A DNA stretch of 63,334 bases, filler included, from Reticulomyxa filosa (GCA_000512085.1; 28 parts of 28 records of this genome joined end to end with filler, not necessarily neighbours in it), one strand, 5' to 3'; shown: positions 13,028-26,698, numbered from the whole stretch's first letter. Notes: generated by a model not told the origin, from the letters alone. Made by a program: numbers and translations.

Positions 13028-13900
13028 CTAAGTCACGTAGATATTTTTCAAAAAAAAGATTAGCTTGAAATTCTTGACATCCTTTTCTTTCACATTTTTG
13101 AGATTTTTCCATTTGTTGTTATCATCATATTCACTGATAGCAATTAGTATTACCAATGCATTTTTGATTGTCTTTGTTTTTCCAAATATTATTGATTGTT
13201 GAAATGAAGTCCAAATAATTTTAAATGTGGGCTCATTACTTTCAAACTCTTTCTTCACAATTTCATCTGAGTCAATAATGTTATCTTCCATATCAACCAA
13301 TTGCATTTTTAAATATTCACTACTCATTTTTTGAAAATGTTTCAATTCCAAACAATGATGGCTTTGACGAAGAAGTTCTTCAAATGTCAATACTTTCATT
13401 TTGATTAATTTTTTACTCTCATCGATTATCACATAAGCTTTGAACTATATTATATTTTGTTTCATAAAATCAAATCAAAAATAAAATTTACAAATAAACA
13501 TATTTATAACAATGATGTCATTTTCGTTTTGTCCTTTTTCTCCTTTTTCTTCTTCCACTTTCAATTCAATTCCCCCATATAGTCAATAAAATAAAATACA
13601 TGCTATTATGCAAGTATGTCAAAAAGGTAATGTAAAAAAAAGATAGTATCAATAGTCTTAACTTGTTCAATTTTTTTCTCGTTAGCTAAATTATGTGTAG
13701 TAATCTATTTATATGTTTTGTAAAGGTAGTATTTGTATGTATTGTATTTTTTTTGTTATGCAAACGTATAAATTACATTTTGGTCCGGCAATGTGGCTGT
13801 GGTCTGATCAATCATTGTTCGCACGTTTCCATTTCTTTGTTCACATCATTTCTTCTGTAATCATATCACCATACAATTTTACCAATGCCATTATTTCCGC
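13028..13900 (-). pseudogene. Caspase-like family gene, 5' part: degenerate helical header, PB1/Ubl-like segment and start of the C14 domain
   Basis: EIMALVKLYGDMITEEMM* at about 13840-13900. KVLTFEELL...IIDSDEIVKKEF. KTIKNALVILIAISEYDDNNKWKNLKNVKEKDVKNFK matches the first strand and helix of the caspase fold and the copy at 517-880. Confidence 0.6.
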
Positions 13901-14244
13901 ATTACTGTTTTATTTTCTTTCTTTCTTTGATATTTGATTTTTTTACTCGTTTATCAATAAATGAAGTTCCTTTTTTGTTTTCAAACATTCTTTAAAACTA
14001 CAAAAAAAGTTTGATAACTGTTTCAAAGATTTTGTTGAAAAAAAAAATTTGTGATTTGCATACTCAGTTTTGGATAAGTTCTTTTTAAAAATTTATTTAT
14101 TGAAAAAAAATCACATGAATTGTTAAAATACTACTTTTCATGTTGCCAAAATATTTTGAAAAACCATTTTCGTTGCCCTTGAAAAGAAAAAAGCTCAATA
14201 TCTTCCATTTTACATCATCAAAAACGATTTTAAAAAAAAACAAA

Positions 14245-14479
14245 ATGACGACTCTTAGCAATGAGAAACAAACTTCAATGCAGCTAGCGTTGGTAAGCTT
14301 TAGTACAAACTTTCAGAAAGTCTGTTGCTTTTTTTCATTTTGTTTTATTTATTGTATATAATTTGTGATTCAAATAGTCTAAAGAAGAAAAGATTCAAGT
14401 AATCGTACAACATTGGATTCGAATATTACACATAAAATCTGGATGGATTAATGAGTTTGACAAACTTGTTGTCAATTAT
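14245..14479 (+). CDS. 5' exons of a probable WD40-family gene carrying the shared 34-aa module
   Basis: MTTLSNEKQTSMQLAL, phase-0 intron, SKEEKIQVIVQHWIRILHIKSGWINEFDKLVVNY, then a phase-0 GT donor; contig ends. Confidence 0.65.
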
Positions 14480-14644
14480 GTTAGTTCATTTGTTTTTTTT
14501 TTTTTCAATTCATCAATCAAAATATTCAAATATTTATTTAACNNNNNNNNNNNNNNNNNNNNNNNNNNNNNNNNNNNNNNNNNNNNTTAATTAATTAANN
14601 NNNNNNNNNNNNNNNNNNNNNNNNNNNNNNNNNNNNNNNNNNTC

Positions 14645-14705
14645 AAAAAGAAATAGTTAAATTGGGCGGCGCCTGAGGCGCCGCCTCATTTAACTCTTTC
14701 TTTTT
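14645..14705. repeat. 29-bp-arm inverted repeat (hairpin) with a GC-rich core
   Basis: AAAAAGAAATAGTTAAATTGGGCGGCGCC-TGA-GGCGCCGCCTCATTTAACTCTTTCTTTTT; three mismatches, 3-nt loop. Confidence 0.9.
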
Positions 14706-16129
14706 CGATTTTCCCTTCCTTTGCTTTTTTTTTAAAATTGCAATGTTTCATTTTTGGAAAAATGGACTTGTAATTTGATTGTATAATTTTTTTTAATGAA
14801 TTTTTGATGAATGTGGTAATGTATGTAATGTTTATTACAAAACAGGTGATGAATTAAAAACTCCATTTTCTAATGAATATTAAGTTTTAAGATCTTTAGG
14901 CAAAGTGTAACCGTCCAAGATAAAATGGTTGCTTTAGTTTATAGTTTTTTCGTCGGTTACTTAAAAGCAAGATGACAGCGCTTAGTTTATTTAAAAGTTT
15001 AATCAATGGATAATACACGTTGTAATGCACATAAACATAGCTGTCTTTTTTCAGGTTTGCTAGAAGGCAAAGAAAAAAAAGACATTACATATAAGTGCAA
15101 CTTGCTGTTGTACACTATTTGCTTTCTGACGAATAGTATTGCAATCACTCCAGCTACGTACTTGTAATAGCAATGATTTTGGTTTTGAATGCCTCCACAC
15201 GATTCAATAAACTATTTCGAAGTGAGACTAAATTTTGTTTTCATGTAGCTGTCAAACGGCCTGCTAAATTCTTTAATCATTTCACATTGTTCCATTAGAT
15301 TTGAACAAAAGGTTACCAATGCAATAATTTTGATTGTTTATATATTTTTATAAACAGTTTCACTGAAAAGTATTAAAGCAATTGAATCAACAATTGTATA
15401 CCAACATAATGGAACGCGTTTTTCTATAGGTCCACAAGTTTAATGTTTTTAAAACTTGTTTAGCAAAAAATAGGCCAAAAAAGACAAAATCAAAGAAAAC
15501 TTTAAATTATGAGGAGCTGTCCAATTTAAATTTTTCTTTTTCGATTTTTTATTAAAGGTTATTGAATACATTACCAAATATAGAATATTGCCTTATTAAT
15601 GTTATGGAATTCTACATCAATTTAGAAAACTTTTTGCAAGATTATGGAAAATGTACAATAAAATGTAATAATGTGATAAATGCTTGCTTTGTTGTACAAA
15701 TTTAATTATTTTTATCTATTTTTCCTTTATCTATGTAAAGTTTAATTGTTTTTATTTTTATATATTTCCTAAATAATTAATAAATCAGCGACAAGAGGAT
15801 TATTTGATCCGAAAGTGTCAATAGGAAATTATTGTTGAGTGGGTTATTGCATTTTTTTCAAAATTTTGATTTACTAACTATGGTTATTTTGCGATTGCGA
15901 TTGCAAATACGACTGCAATTGTGACTGCATGTTTGAATATAATTGTAGGTTTGATTGATCATGTACGTATGTCGGTGAAGACAGGTCAAAGACAAAGTTG
16001 GCATATTGAAGCAGTCGCAACAATGTACCNNNNNNNNNNNNNNNNNNNNNNNNNNNNNNNNNNNNNNNNNNNNTTAATTAATTAANNNNNNNNNNNNNNN
16101 NNNNNNNNNNNNNNNNNNNNNNNNNNNNN

Positions 16130-19100
16130 AGGGATACGTTTTGTAATGCTCTCATTTATCCCCCAGGTAATGTGTCATACACGTTATATTTTATATTCAT
16201 ACACAAAGTTGGTAACATTTTCAATCAAATAAAAAAATAATTAGATATTGCAAAAACAGCAGCTTTGAAGGAAATATTATTTATATTATTCATCTGTATT
16301 ATCACGACGATCCCCAGTTTTGTCTTTTTTTTCAAATAATATATGTATGCATATAATTTGTGTGTTAATGGATTTACAGTTGTGTTAGTTGGAGATCCTG
16401 GAACTTCGAAAACATTATCTCTTCAAATTCTCAGAGATAATATGTGTCAATCTGAAATTGAAAACTTTCAAACCAGATTAAACAAGAAAAGTATTGATTT
16501 AAAGGCTCTCCATGTTGTGTCTTTTCAATGCACACAAAACAGCAAAGCCCTTCGAATCGAAGAGAGATGGAATCAAGCAATTAGCCACTCGGAGAGCAAA
16601 CTTGTCAAACCCCTGCTGTTATTGGATGAAATTGGCTTGGCAGAGCATTCCAAGCATTCTCCTTTGAAGGTTTTGCATCACTTGTTAGAAAATCCAAAAA
16701 TTTCATTTGTGGGGTTATCCAATTGGCCTTTGGATGCTGCGAAAATGAATCGTGTTATTGTGCATCAAATTCCAAATAATCTTGATGATGATCTTAAAGC
16801 CATTGGAGAAGCGATTTACAAGACCGAAGAACATACAAACTTACCAAAGGGTGATATAGACATGCTGGTCGATGTGTTCAAAGAACTGAATAAACAGATA
16901 TCAAAACAAAAGTTGCCTTTATGCAAAGAAAACTGGTTGGGGAGACGGGATTTTTATGCTCTGATTCGCCATTACATGCACAACCAGGTACCCAGAGACT
17001 CTTTTCAAGGTGTAATGAGAAATTTAGGAGGTTTCAGAGATCCACAATTTCAAAAATGTTTGGCAGATGCATTAAAAAAAGGGACACGAAAAAGTGTAAC
17101 GGAAATATTAACATTAATGAGTGCATGGGAGCCTTTGCAATGTGTGAAAATGAATCTCCAAGATGAAAATTGTAGACATTGCATGTTGGTGTGTGAGAAG
17201 CCTTATTCCTGGCAATTGTTGTTGGATCACAATCTATTGTCATGTGAAGATGCAGTGTTTCTATTTGAGAGCAACTTTGCAGCGGACAGAGCTACCATGA
17301 CAGGTCATGATCATTTACATAAAGTTATCAATTGCATGGAGATTGGGAAGAAGGCTGTCTTGTACAAGCTGAAATCGATTCACGAATGTCTTTATGATAT
17401 GCTTAATCAAAGATATTATGGCAATTCTCTGGGTGTGTTTCTCTTTTTTTTTTTTTTAAGTGTTATTCCTCCTTTCTCTTTCTTTCTTCTTTCAGAAAAT
17501 CGTTTTTGCCGCGTGGCTATGGAGGATCAGACAAGAGATTGCACTGTCGCAAAAGAATTTAAATGTATCGTCATTGTCTTCAAAGAAGATATGGAGAATT
17601 CAGTTATAACATACATTGAACAATTTAACCGATTCGTTCTTAATTTGTTTGTTTGTTTAATTCTTTCCCTCGTTTGTTGCTGTTTTTTGCAAAGACCGAA
17701 AAAGCATTTTTTGGACGCTTTGAAAAGCAATACATTTCATACATTGGGTCGTTGTCTCAATCCGACTTACAAACAGTACCAATGCTTAAAAAAGAGCTTG
17801 CGCGAATGCCACAATCTTTGCACAGAAACGGAATTATCTGAACTGTTTTACGGTTTCAATGATGACACGATTCCTTCGGCCATTTCTCACATCCTACTGC
17901 AACCCAAGTCACAGCTGCAAAGCGATTGTGATGATGATGAAGACATAAAACAAAATGAAAAAAAGAAGTTAGAGAAATTGTCAGAATTGTTCTATCCACT
18001 TCGTCATCCAGCCAAAATTGCGTGTTTGGCAATGGAGATACCTCCTCGAAATACCAACAGTACGAGTCAGCCTTTTAACACATTTGTTGAGTACCTTTTA
18101 TCAATGAAAAAAGTGATTATTGTCATCCTTTTAAACTATTCACAAAATAAAACGAAATAAATAAATAGGAGCAAGTCCTGGACACAGCAAAGAAAAATTC
18201 CAAAAAGAAATAGTTGTTAATTTTAACCTGCGATTTGGAATACAACTCCTTTCAAATTGAATGGAATAGTAAACGTATTAGTGATTATATGAAAGTAAGT
18301 CATCTCGAAAAAGATGTCACAGATTTCTTTGAGAGTTCCAGAATGGATAGGCTCATTTTGCAATATCAGCACAAGACCAATGACCTAACGCAGTTTTTTC
18401 AAATCAAGTGTATTCTCGAAAGTGCACATTCTTTGTATTGGAGCAAATCTGACAACAAGAAATCTACTAATGAAAAAATGGTTGTTCTTATTGTCCATAA
18501 TGTTGTGGGACAAAAGGAACCATTTCCTATCATTTTTTCACAGTTTAATTTTTTTTGTAAAACAATAGAAATATTTACCAACATTTTGTTGTGGAAATCG
18601 TTTGAATAGGAAATGGAAACTTGCTTTTATTGATTCCCTGACCTGCCAATCACCAATAGACTTGAAAAACTTGATCACAAGCGATCCAACAACTGTGACC
18701 GACCATTATCCCTCTTTTGAGCTAGTCTGTTTTTATTTTTTATTGCATATATTTATGCGTGTATGTTGGAGACTCTTTTTTTTTTTACATTCATATTTAA
18801 ATCAGATGCAAAGACTGATACGACGTGCCTTTTTTTATTTGGAATTCCCGTCTTCTCTCATCCCTTCATTTGAATTGAAAGTTGATCTGGTGCCCACAGA
18901 GATTCAAGATCTAATGGTCGAGAGATTGAAATTAGTGTTGAAGAAAAACATCCCTATTAATTATTTTATCAACAAGATTAAACAAGAAGCTGAACAGACC
19001 ATGAAAAGACAAAACGAATCTCAGCCTAGCTTTTTTCAGACCTATCAAATCACTGTAGATAATCTAATCACCTTGGGATGGATTAGAGTCCTGTTATCAC

Positions 19101-20199
19101 TTTATGAAAATTGCTACCTTCAAGTTTTTTATTTTTTTATTTTTTTTTGTTGGTGCAAACATTGAAACAAATGAACAAATGCACAAATGAAATAAATGCA
19201 CAAAGGCAATACTTTCAGCAATAAAAAATAAAATCAACTCAAGACAACTATTAATAAACATTTTTGTTGCAAGTGGTAAGAATGAAGCATTGGTTCCATT
19301 GTTCGATGAAGGTGAGATAACCGACCAAGAATTGCATGTTTGGAAAGTGAAAATACTTTATCGAGCATGTTTTCCATTCAGTTGGAATTTTCACGTGTGG
19401 TGTCTTGGCAAACTTCAAGATATCGTGAAAAAATCCAAAGATGACACTGTGGATACAGAGTTGATTAGTATCAATGCTGAGGTGTCGAAAACTTATTCTA
19501 CCTTGAAAAGTAAGTTGAATGTGGATGGTGATAATGTTTTTCTTTTATTAAATCAATGTAATCCTGAAGATTGTGGATGTTATGCAAAAGATGTGATTCG
19601 TGGAAAATTTCATGCCTACTTTTCAATAGAAGACAGCGATCAAATAGCTGAAATTCTCAAAGATATTGTATTGTGCATAGTTCAAATAGTTATTGGCAAG
19701 AATAATTCTGTGAGTATCCCATCTATTGAAACAATATTGTATTATTTTGAGAATATCATTACCAAGTATGTGCAATTAGTGTTTCTCTTCAAAGATGAAG
19801 CTGCGGTAATATCGAAAATCAAGGAAACATTGTCAAATTGTGAATTGACAATGTCTTTGGAACAATTGACTATGGTTACATCCATCATGTGCGAATATTT
19901 CTTAACACATGAGCCTCCAAAAAATGAGTTGGACAACTTTGCTTCCAAAATGACAATTGCATGTCAGGCAACAATAACCATTCTCAAGTTCCTGCGCCAA
20001 CAAAAATATACTGAATTCAAAGTCTATCAAGACTTTTTGTCAGTATGTCAACAACTCCATATGAGGGCCTTAATCATCAAACATTTTATGAAACGTATCA
20101 CAAGCTTCACCACAAGAATTGATAATGATAATTATGGCAATAATTTTGAGGTACGAAAAGGATTTTTGAAAGATGTGAATGTCATTCCTGAGATAATCA
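16130..20199 (+). CDS. RNF213/mysterin-like giant AAA+ ATPase, internal fragment, multi-exon
   Basis: IAKTAALKEILF; Walker A VVLVGDPGTSKTLS; Walker B LLLLDEIGLAEHSKHSPLKVLHHLLE; FVGLSNWPLDAAKMNR; GRRDFYALI; MRNLGG; CMEIGKKAVL..HECLYDMLNQRY; GRFEKQYI. These run collinearly with RNF213 AAA-core motifs. Confidence 0.88.
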
Positions 20200-20399
20200 N
20201 NNNNNNNNNNNNNNNNNNNNNNNNNNNNNNNNNNNNNNNNNNNTTAATTAATTAANNNNNNNNNNNNNNNNNNNNNNNNNNNNNNNNNNNNNNNNNNNNG
20301 TCCATTCAAACATGATAGATTAATGATAGATTATACATACATATACATATATGTATACATATACATGTATACGTATATATACATGTATACATATATATG

Positions 20400-21611
20400 T
20401 ACATATGTATAAGAACTGAGAATGGGAAATAGGGAGCAGCGTCCAATAGCGATTTGTGCAATGAAGGGGGAGGAAGAGGGAAACGAGGATTGCATTTGAT
20501 ATCTTCAACGCTTGTAATGTCTTTATCAACCATGTCACTTGTAGCGTTACAAGTGTCCGTTGGCAGACAGGCCTCTTTGCTCTTTTTTGCATTCAAGTTG
20601 CTCTGTTTCTGCTTTTGTTGCTTTTGGCTTTGTCTTTGTTTGAATTTCTTTCTTTTTTTTTTGTTTTGTGTTGGTCTTGATTCGGCACATGACTCGGACT
20701 CACTTCGCTGGTCGAACACGTATCAATCGTATCTGTTCCATCCGATTTCACCTCCTCTTCTACAAACTTTGTTTCGTCCAATCCAGGTCGCACACTCCCA
20801 CTTGTGCTACTTAACACCTCATTCATTCCTAATTGTTCTATCTCTTCACCTATACATATATACATATATACATATATATTGATTTATTGATTTATGTATA
20901 TATGTATATATGCATTTATATACAATTGAAAAAGAGGTACCGTCGTGAACACTTTGGGAATGCAACGTATGGTCCATTTGTTGCAAGCAATGTAAAGTGG
21001 ACCCCTTGGAGCATGGGCTATCGCAATCGTCTCCATTCGAAGTGATTGGACCGTTGCCATGTACATGTACATTTGAGGTCGAGGACGAGGTCGAGGACGA
21101 ATGGCCGTACTTCTTACGGGGTTTACGTTTTCGTCGAGAATAAGTTATTGTTCTCGTTTTTATACTTTCTTTTTCGTTTATTGTTGAATTTGTATTTGTA
21201 TTTATATTTATATTTATATCTGTAGTTGCATTTGTATCAATGTTAGTAAATTGGCTTTCTGGTTGTGGATCCATTGTTGGTATTGTTGTTGGGTTGTGTG
21301 AAACAGCAGACTCGACAGCGACGTGGGGCTGATGAAAGTCCTTGCCATCGTTGCGATCATCGCCGCCGGCCATTGGCGACGGATGGAAGCACCCATATTT
21401 ATCAGTAGTGTCAATGTCGGCGGAAATGGCATTGACAACGCTTGCGACACTTCTTTCACTCTCCTCTTTTGCGTGTCTCTCGTCATTGCCACTGTCACAT
21501 CGTTTGTTCGTCGCACTTTTGTTCTTGTACTTATTCTTGTCTTTGTTTTTCTTCTTCCCTTTCTTCTCTTGCTGTAATTGCTGTAATTGCTGTAATTGCT
21601 GTAATTGCTGT
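20400..21611 (-). CDS. Low-complexity hypothetical protein, partial
   Basis: Hydrophilic ORF segments separated by TA-rich intron-like gaps; Q-rich repeat at the contig end. Confidence 0.35.
21571..21611. repeat. 9-bp tandem repeat (GCTGTAATT)n
   Basis: About 4.5 perfect copies running into the contig end. Confidence 0.9.
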
Positions 21612-21711
21612 NNNNNNNNNNNNNNNNNNNNNNNNNNNNNNNNNNNNNNNNNNNNTTAATTAATTAANNNNNNNNNNNNNNNNNNNNNNNNNNNNNNNNN
21701 NNNNNNNNNNN

Positions 21712-22191
21712 CTCCAACACAATGGCCATTGAGATTGATAGGCAATAACTGAAAACCAGTACAATTTGCTTGGCAATATTGACAAGCCGCTTGATATTAT
21801 TTAACTGTTGATTGATGAAATATCCTTTCCCTAGGACTTGAATTTGATTATCTAAGCCAAGGGACTTAATTCTTAATTTCAATATCAGTTCAGTAGTGAT
21901 AAGGTTATACGTAGTGAAAAGTGTTGTGTCATCTAAGTCTTTACTATCCTCTGTGCCTAGCATCGAGGTAAAGAAAATCTTTCCTTTCGAAGTTTTTGTA
22001 TCTGCCATCGGTTTTATTTTGTCAAATACGCTTGGTATATCCTTCCATTTATACTTATTATTATTATAATCAATTACCAAGTTATTAGTTATGCCACGAT
22101 CTACTAAGTCTTGATTTGGTCTTTTCCACGCATATTTGATGATACAAATTAATCTTTGTTTCATCTGAAAACATAACTTTCTTCCAGTCAT
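21712..22191 (-). CDS. Hypothetical protein fragment
   Basis: 160-codon open frame in AT-rich DNA; no motif recognised. Confidence 0.3.
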
Positions 22192-22274
22192 CTACTGTCT
22201 AACTTTTGTGTTCGTTGGCAAATTCAAGTCTTGCATTAATATAATTTTCTTCCAAATTTGGCTTCTTCTTCTTG

Positions 22275-22391
22275 GTAGATATTTTTTTTAAATAAAAAAA
22301 AATTAGGTCTAAATGTTGATTTTTCATGGAGAAAATCAATTATCATCATAGGATATCGTTTTAGGCGTTCAGTTTTCTTTGCAATATACTG
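22275..22391 (+). mobile_element. MITE copy, right half with TIR followed by TA
   Basis: Matches 31043-31109 and the reverse complement of 33575-33680. Ends GCGTTCAGTTTTCTTTGCAATATACTG-TA. Confidence 0.8.
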
Positions 22392-23179
22392 TATGTTTTT
22401 TTGTTTTAATGATTTTTTTATTATTTAAGATTTAGATTATTGTTAAAGTTTTTTAAATATCACTTGTATTGTAATGGATAAAGGTCATCTTTTGAATACT
22501 GTCGAAAATGCTTTAAAGATTGTTTTAAGCCTTGGATAATAAAATCAAAGAAAAGAAACTGGAAAACGAAAGAGAAATGTTTTTCAGTTTTTATTGTTAT
22601 TGATAATGCGTAATTAGTTTGATAAAGTAATAACATACACTCTTGGTGGAATATAATGTCTCTATTTAAAATTATTAGTTATATCATTTATATATTTATA
22701 TCATTTGTTTTATTAACAGCACAAAATAACACATAAACAAAAAATGTTTCGGTCAAATTAGAGTTTGATCATTTTTTTTTTGGAATTAATATATGTGATC
22801 CAATCTTTTAAAAATATCAGTTTGTTATCACAATTCGATAACGAAAATCAAAATTTATTTCATAATAATTTCATCAAAATCNNNNNNNNNNNNNNNNNNN
22901 NNNNNNNNNNNNNNNNNNNNNNNNNTTAATTAATTAANNNNNNNNNNNNNNNNNNNNNNNNNNNNNNNNNNNNNNNNNNNNTTTTTTTTTGTCATCCACG
23001 TTGCCGTCAATATGTCACAAGAAACAACATATCTAAGTTATATTTATTTTTTTTTTCATTATTTCTTTTTTACTTGAGCTTACTCGTTTAAGTTAACGAA
23101 GAAAGCAAAGCTATCAACAACAAAACAACACACATCTTTGAATTATAGTCATGTCATATTTTTTAAAAGAATGTTTTCC

Positions 23180-23950
23180 TGATTTTCACAACAAGAAAAC
23201 AAGTTATTATGGCAAGCTGCTCAAACGAGCACATTGTCAGGATTTATCAAGAGTATAAGCAAAGCTCGTATTGATTTAGATTTGTTTGAAATATCATTTG
23301 AAGATATCGATATGGTCAAATACATTCAAAATAAATACAAAGATTTTTATGAAAATCTTATGATAAAGGTCGGAAATGTTTCTAAATTAAAAGGGTTAGT
23401 GGAAGGATTTTGGGAAATAGCAAACGATAGATGTAACGAAAGATCAAAAAATGAACTGGTTATGAAATGCGCTTCTACTTTATTTCGTGCATCAACAGTA
23501 CTATATTTGACTAGTTTTTCGCAACAATTATTGTCATTTTGCAAAGGAATCAAAAAGAAAAGCTTTTCTGTCAAACCTGATTTGTTATTATCATATTCAA
23601 TAATATATTATAGTAACTCGAAATTGGGTCCTGATGGACTAATTATAGTTATAGATTATAAAATAATAAAAAAATTATAACAATTTAATAAACTTGTAGA
23701 CAAATTAAAAGAATATTTGGATATCGTTTTACGACATTGGCAAAAAGAAAATACAATTTTATGTCTTCATCAATCAAAGAAAGCAAAAAAATCATTTTAT
23801 AACGAAAATGTAGAAGAAAAAAATGAAGATAATTATCTTTTATCTAATTTGGGTAAAATGACAGAAGAAATGAAAACAAAATTTAAAAAAATGTTGTATC
23901 AAATTGTTTCGTATATCAAATATGTACAAAGCAAAAGAATATTTACGTAA
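23180..23950 (+). pseudogene. Paralogue of the 3660-4200 region; putative PD-(D/E)XK nuclease-like
   Basis: ENKLLW..KARIDLDLFEISF..RSKNELV..STLFR..VKPDLLL..IIVIDYKIIKKL*..YQIVSY; in-frame stops. Confidence 0.5.
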
Positions 23951-24511
23951 GCATAGCGAAAAAACACTACATTGAAGTAAGTATAATCTACTGCATCTAA
24001 ATAAATTTTGTGATTAGAAAAATATTCAAATAGATCAAAAAAAAGCGCACGAAGATTTCGATTTGTATCAAGAAATATTTGTTTGGATTTGGAGCGAGTA
24101 AATCAAATTAAAGTCATTGATTTAGAAAAGTGATGTTTTAACACTTAAATAAAAAAAAATACTCAATACTTTATTGTTGGGAAGTATACATAAAAAAAAA
24201 TTTTGTACAATTTTGGAACTACTCAACTGAGTCAATGAATCTATGATAAATATAAAAGTGAGCAGGAAATATCATTTTGTTGATAATGTCATCGACTTGA
24301 CATGAAATTATTTCCGAAAACAAATGAAAGATATACATTCTGAGTACATAAGAAAAATACTGTAAACTAATTATCAAAATTGTTATTCAACTTTGCAAAT
24401 ATCTTTAAAAACAACCACAAATTATAAACTTAATGACAATGACAATTTGTGCAGCTCGAGTAGCAGGAATGGACAAATCCTCTCATCGAGAACAAAGACA
24501 ACATGATACAA

Positions 24512-26698
24512 TCAGTCTACCAAGGACGGATCAATAGCCCTCAATCGTTCCTCAAATCGTTTTAAACATGCATAATCTGCATCGTCAAAATTGTTGCATT
24601 TTGGGTCGTCTGTTGTTACTCGTTCCACTTCTTTCGTCCACGATGGATTGAACCGACCAACATTGTCCACGTTCTTGTCGTTCACAGAAGAGGATAAGTA
24701 TAACAAGTCGTCTGTCCACACATTCGAAGGCGTCGTGCCAAAGGTGTTTTGTTGCTTAGAGGGATACATATTTTGCAGGTTACTTTGATGAGAAGTGCTT
24801 ACATGTGAAGTGGTTGAACCTCCACTTGCTCGTCCATTTCGTTCGCTAGTATCATTATCTTCGGGCAGCAACATCAAGTCTTGCATCTCTTTTTGCAATT
24901 GTAAGCTTCCATCCTTCTCAAAGCTTGGTCTAGCCAAATACTGATTCGGTTTTTGCATTTTCTCGTTATCAAAGTTGAATGACGTTGATTTGAACTCTGC
25001 CAAAAATGCGCCCATATAGTTGGATTGATCCAATCTCTGGTATAAGCCAGATAGTTTCTGGAAATGGACGGTTGCAAAAAAAAAAAAAAAATATATATAC
25101 ACATATATGTATACATATACGTATATGTACACATATGTATCTTTACACATAAGTAATATTGCTACGTAACCCCAGTAGTATTGCTATCTGAACTACTAGC
25201 ATCAGTTTGCCTTTTGAAAGCGATTTGTGGTTTTGTGTGTGCATCCCATTTGGGTTGCGTGTTGATTTGTTGTGAATCGGTAAGAACATTAGCAGCTCGT
25301 AGTGGGGAGGAACGTTTTACGGCAGAAATTTGAACATTGCTGTTTGTTTGGGAGTATCTGTCCTTGTCATATCCCTGTTGTATATTGCGCATTAGCAACG
25401 ACTCACTCTTGGCTGGCTGTTTCAATGGCACATTCAAGATGCGTGAATCGCTCGAGACAAACTCATCCTTCTTGTCTCTGTCATGTGCCAGGGTCCACTT
25501 GCTGTTGCTATTAAGTGACGTGTCATTGTGCAAAGGCAACAAATCCTTGGTGTCATCATTTTCCACCGAGGAAGTCCTCGTCACCGATTTTGATGTTTCA
25601 CCAAGCGAAGTATTGGTCAAAGTGCTGCTATCCGTTCCCGATAAAAAAGTCCATTCATCCAAATACTCGTTGATGGTCGGGATTTGCTCCTCGTGCGGAG
25701 GGGTGTGGTTTGGCGTTGCGATTGACGCCACGGGATTACGAATACGAATTTCTTGACTTTTGCTTGCAGCAGTCTTGGAAGATGCGCGCTTTTTAGGTGT
25801 TTTCTCACAATGGATCACTCCTGAATCGGTTACCGTCCATTCACTATTGTTACTATCTTCTGTTTTTGACTGCTTCTTTGTCTGTACACCTTTGGCATCA
25901 TGCGGTGTATGCAACAGCTTATTGCTCTCTTCGTCCTCTTTTTTCAATTGCTCACGCAAACTTTGCAGCCTTTGATCAATCAATGAGTCGATTCGTGACA
26001 ATGTTTCCAGCTTCTTTTGTCTCTCGCTATATACATCCGTCCCCGTTGCACTTGCGTCCGATTGCACTTTGTAAAGTATTTTTCCATTTTCCAAGTACTT
26101 TGTCCTCTCTTGTATTTGTGCTGCTGTTGGAACCATGCTTTCACCACTTAGATTCCCCAGCAAAAAAAAAAAAAAAAAAAAAAAACAAAATTATATTCTT
26201 TTTTTCTTTTATATAAAAAAAAAAATAACCCCGCCACGTTTGTTGATTGAAAGCAAAATTTTGGTAAAGCATCCTACTCCGCAAATGGGAACAAAAAAAA
26301 AAAATTATGCGGACATTGAAAATATCTAAGACAAACCTATGCTGCGGACGTTGTGGATTGGGATCAAGGTAGTCGAAATGATTTTGTGAGTGGTACAATG
26401 CTGGTGTGACTGATTGTGGCGATATGCCTGCAGCTGGAAATCTTGCCATTGTGGGGAGTATACGTTCGGAACTCAACTTTGTCGGATCGTTGGATAAGGC
26501 AGTCATCGTGTGTTGGAAATATCTTGTGTTGAATGTTTCTCTCTCGTTTTGAACAGTCATTGGTAAAGTTACTGTTTGATGAAACCTTGTCGGCATGTCA
26601 GTCGGTGTAGCCGGAATAGAAACGGTTGTCCGTGCTGGAAGAATATGTCCACTATGCTGATATTGATCGACAACATGACCATGAGATTTGGTTTGCAT
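24512..26698 (-). CDS. Large, mostly disordered hypothetical protein with a short coiled coil (at least 3 exons)
   Basis: Three long same-strand ORFs (185, 333 and 212 aa) separated by poly-T or TA-rich introns. Confidence 0.65.
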
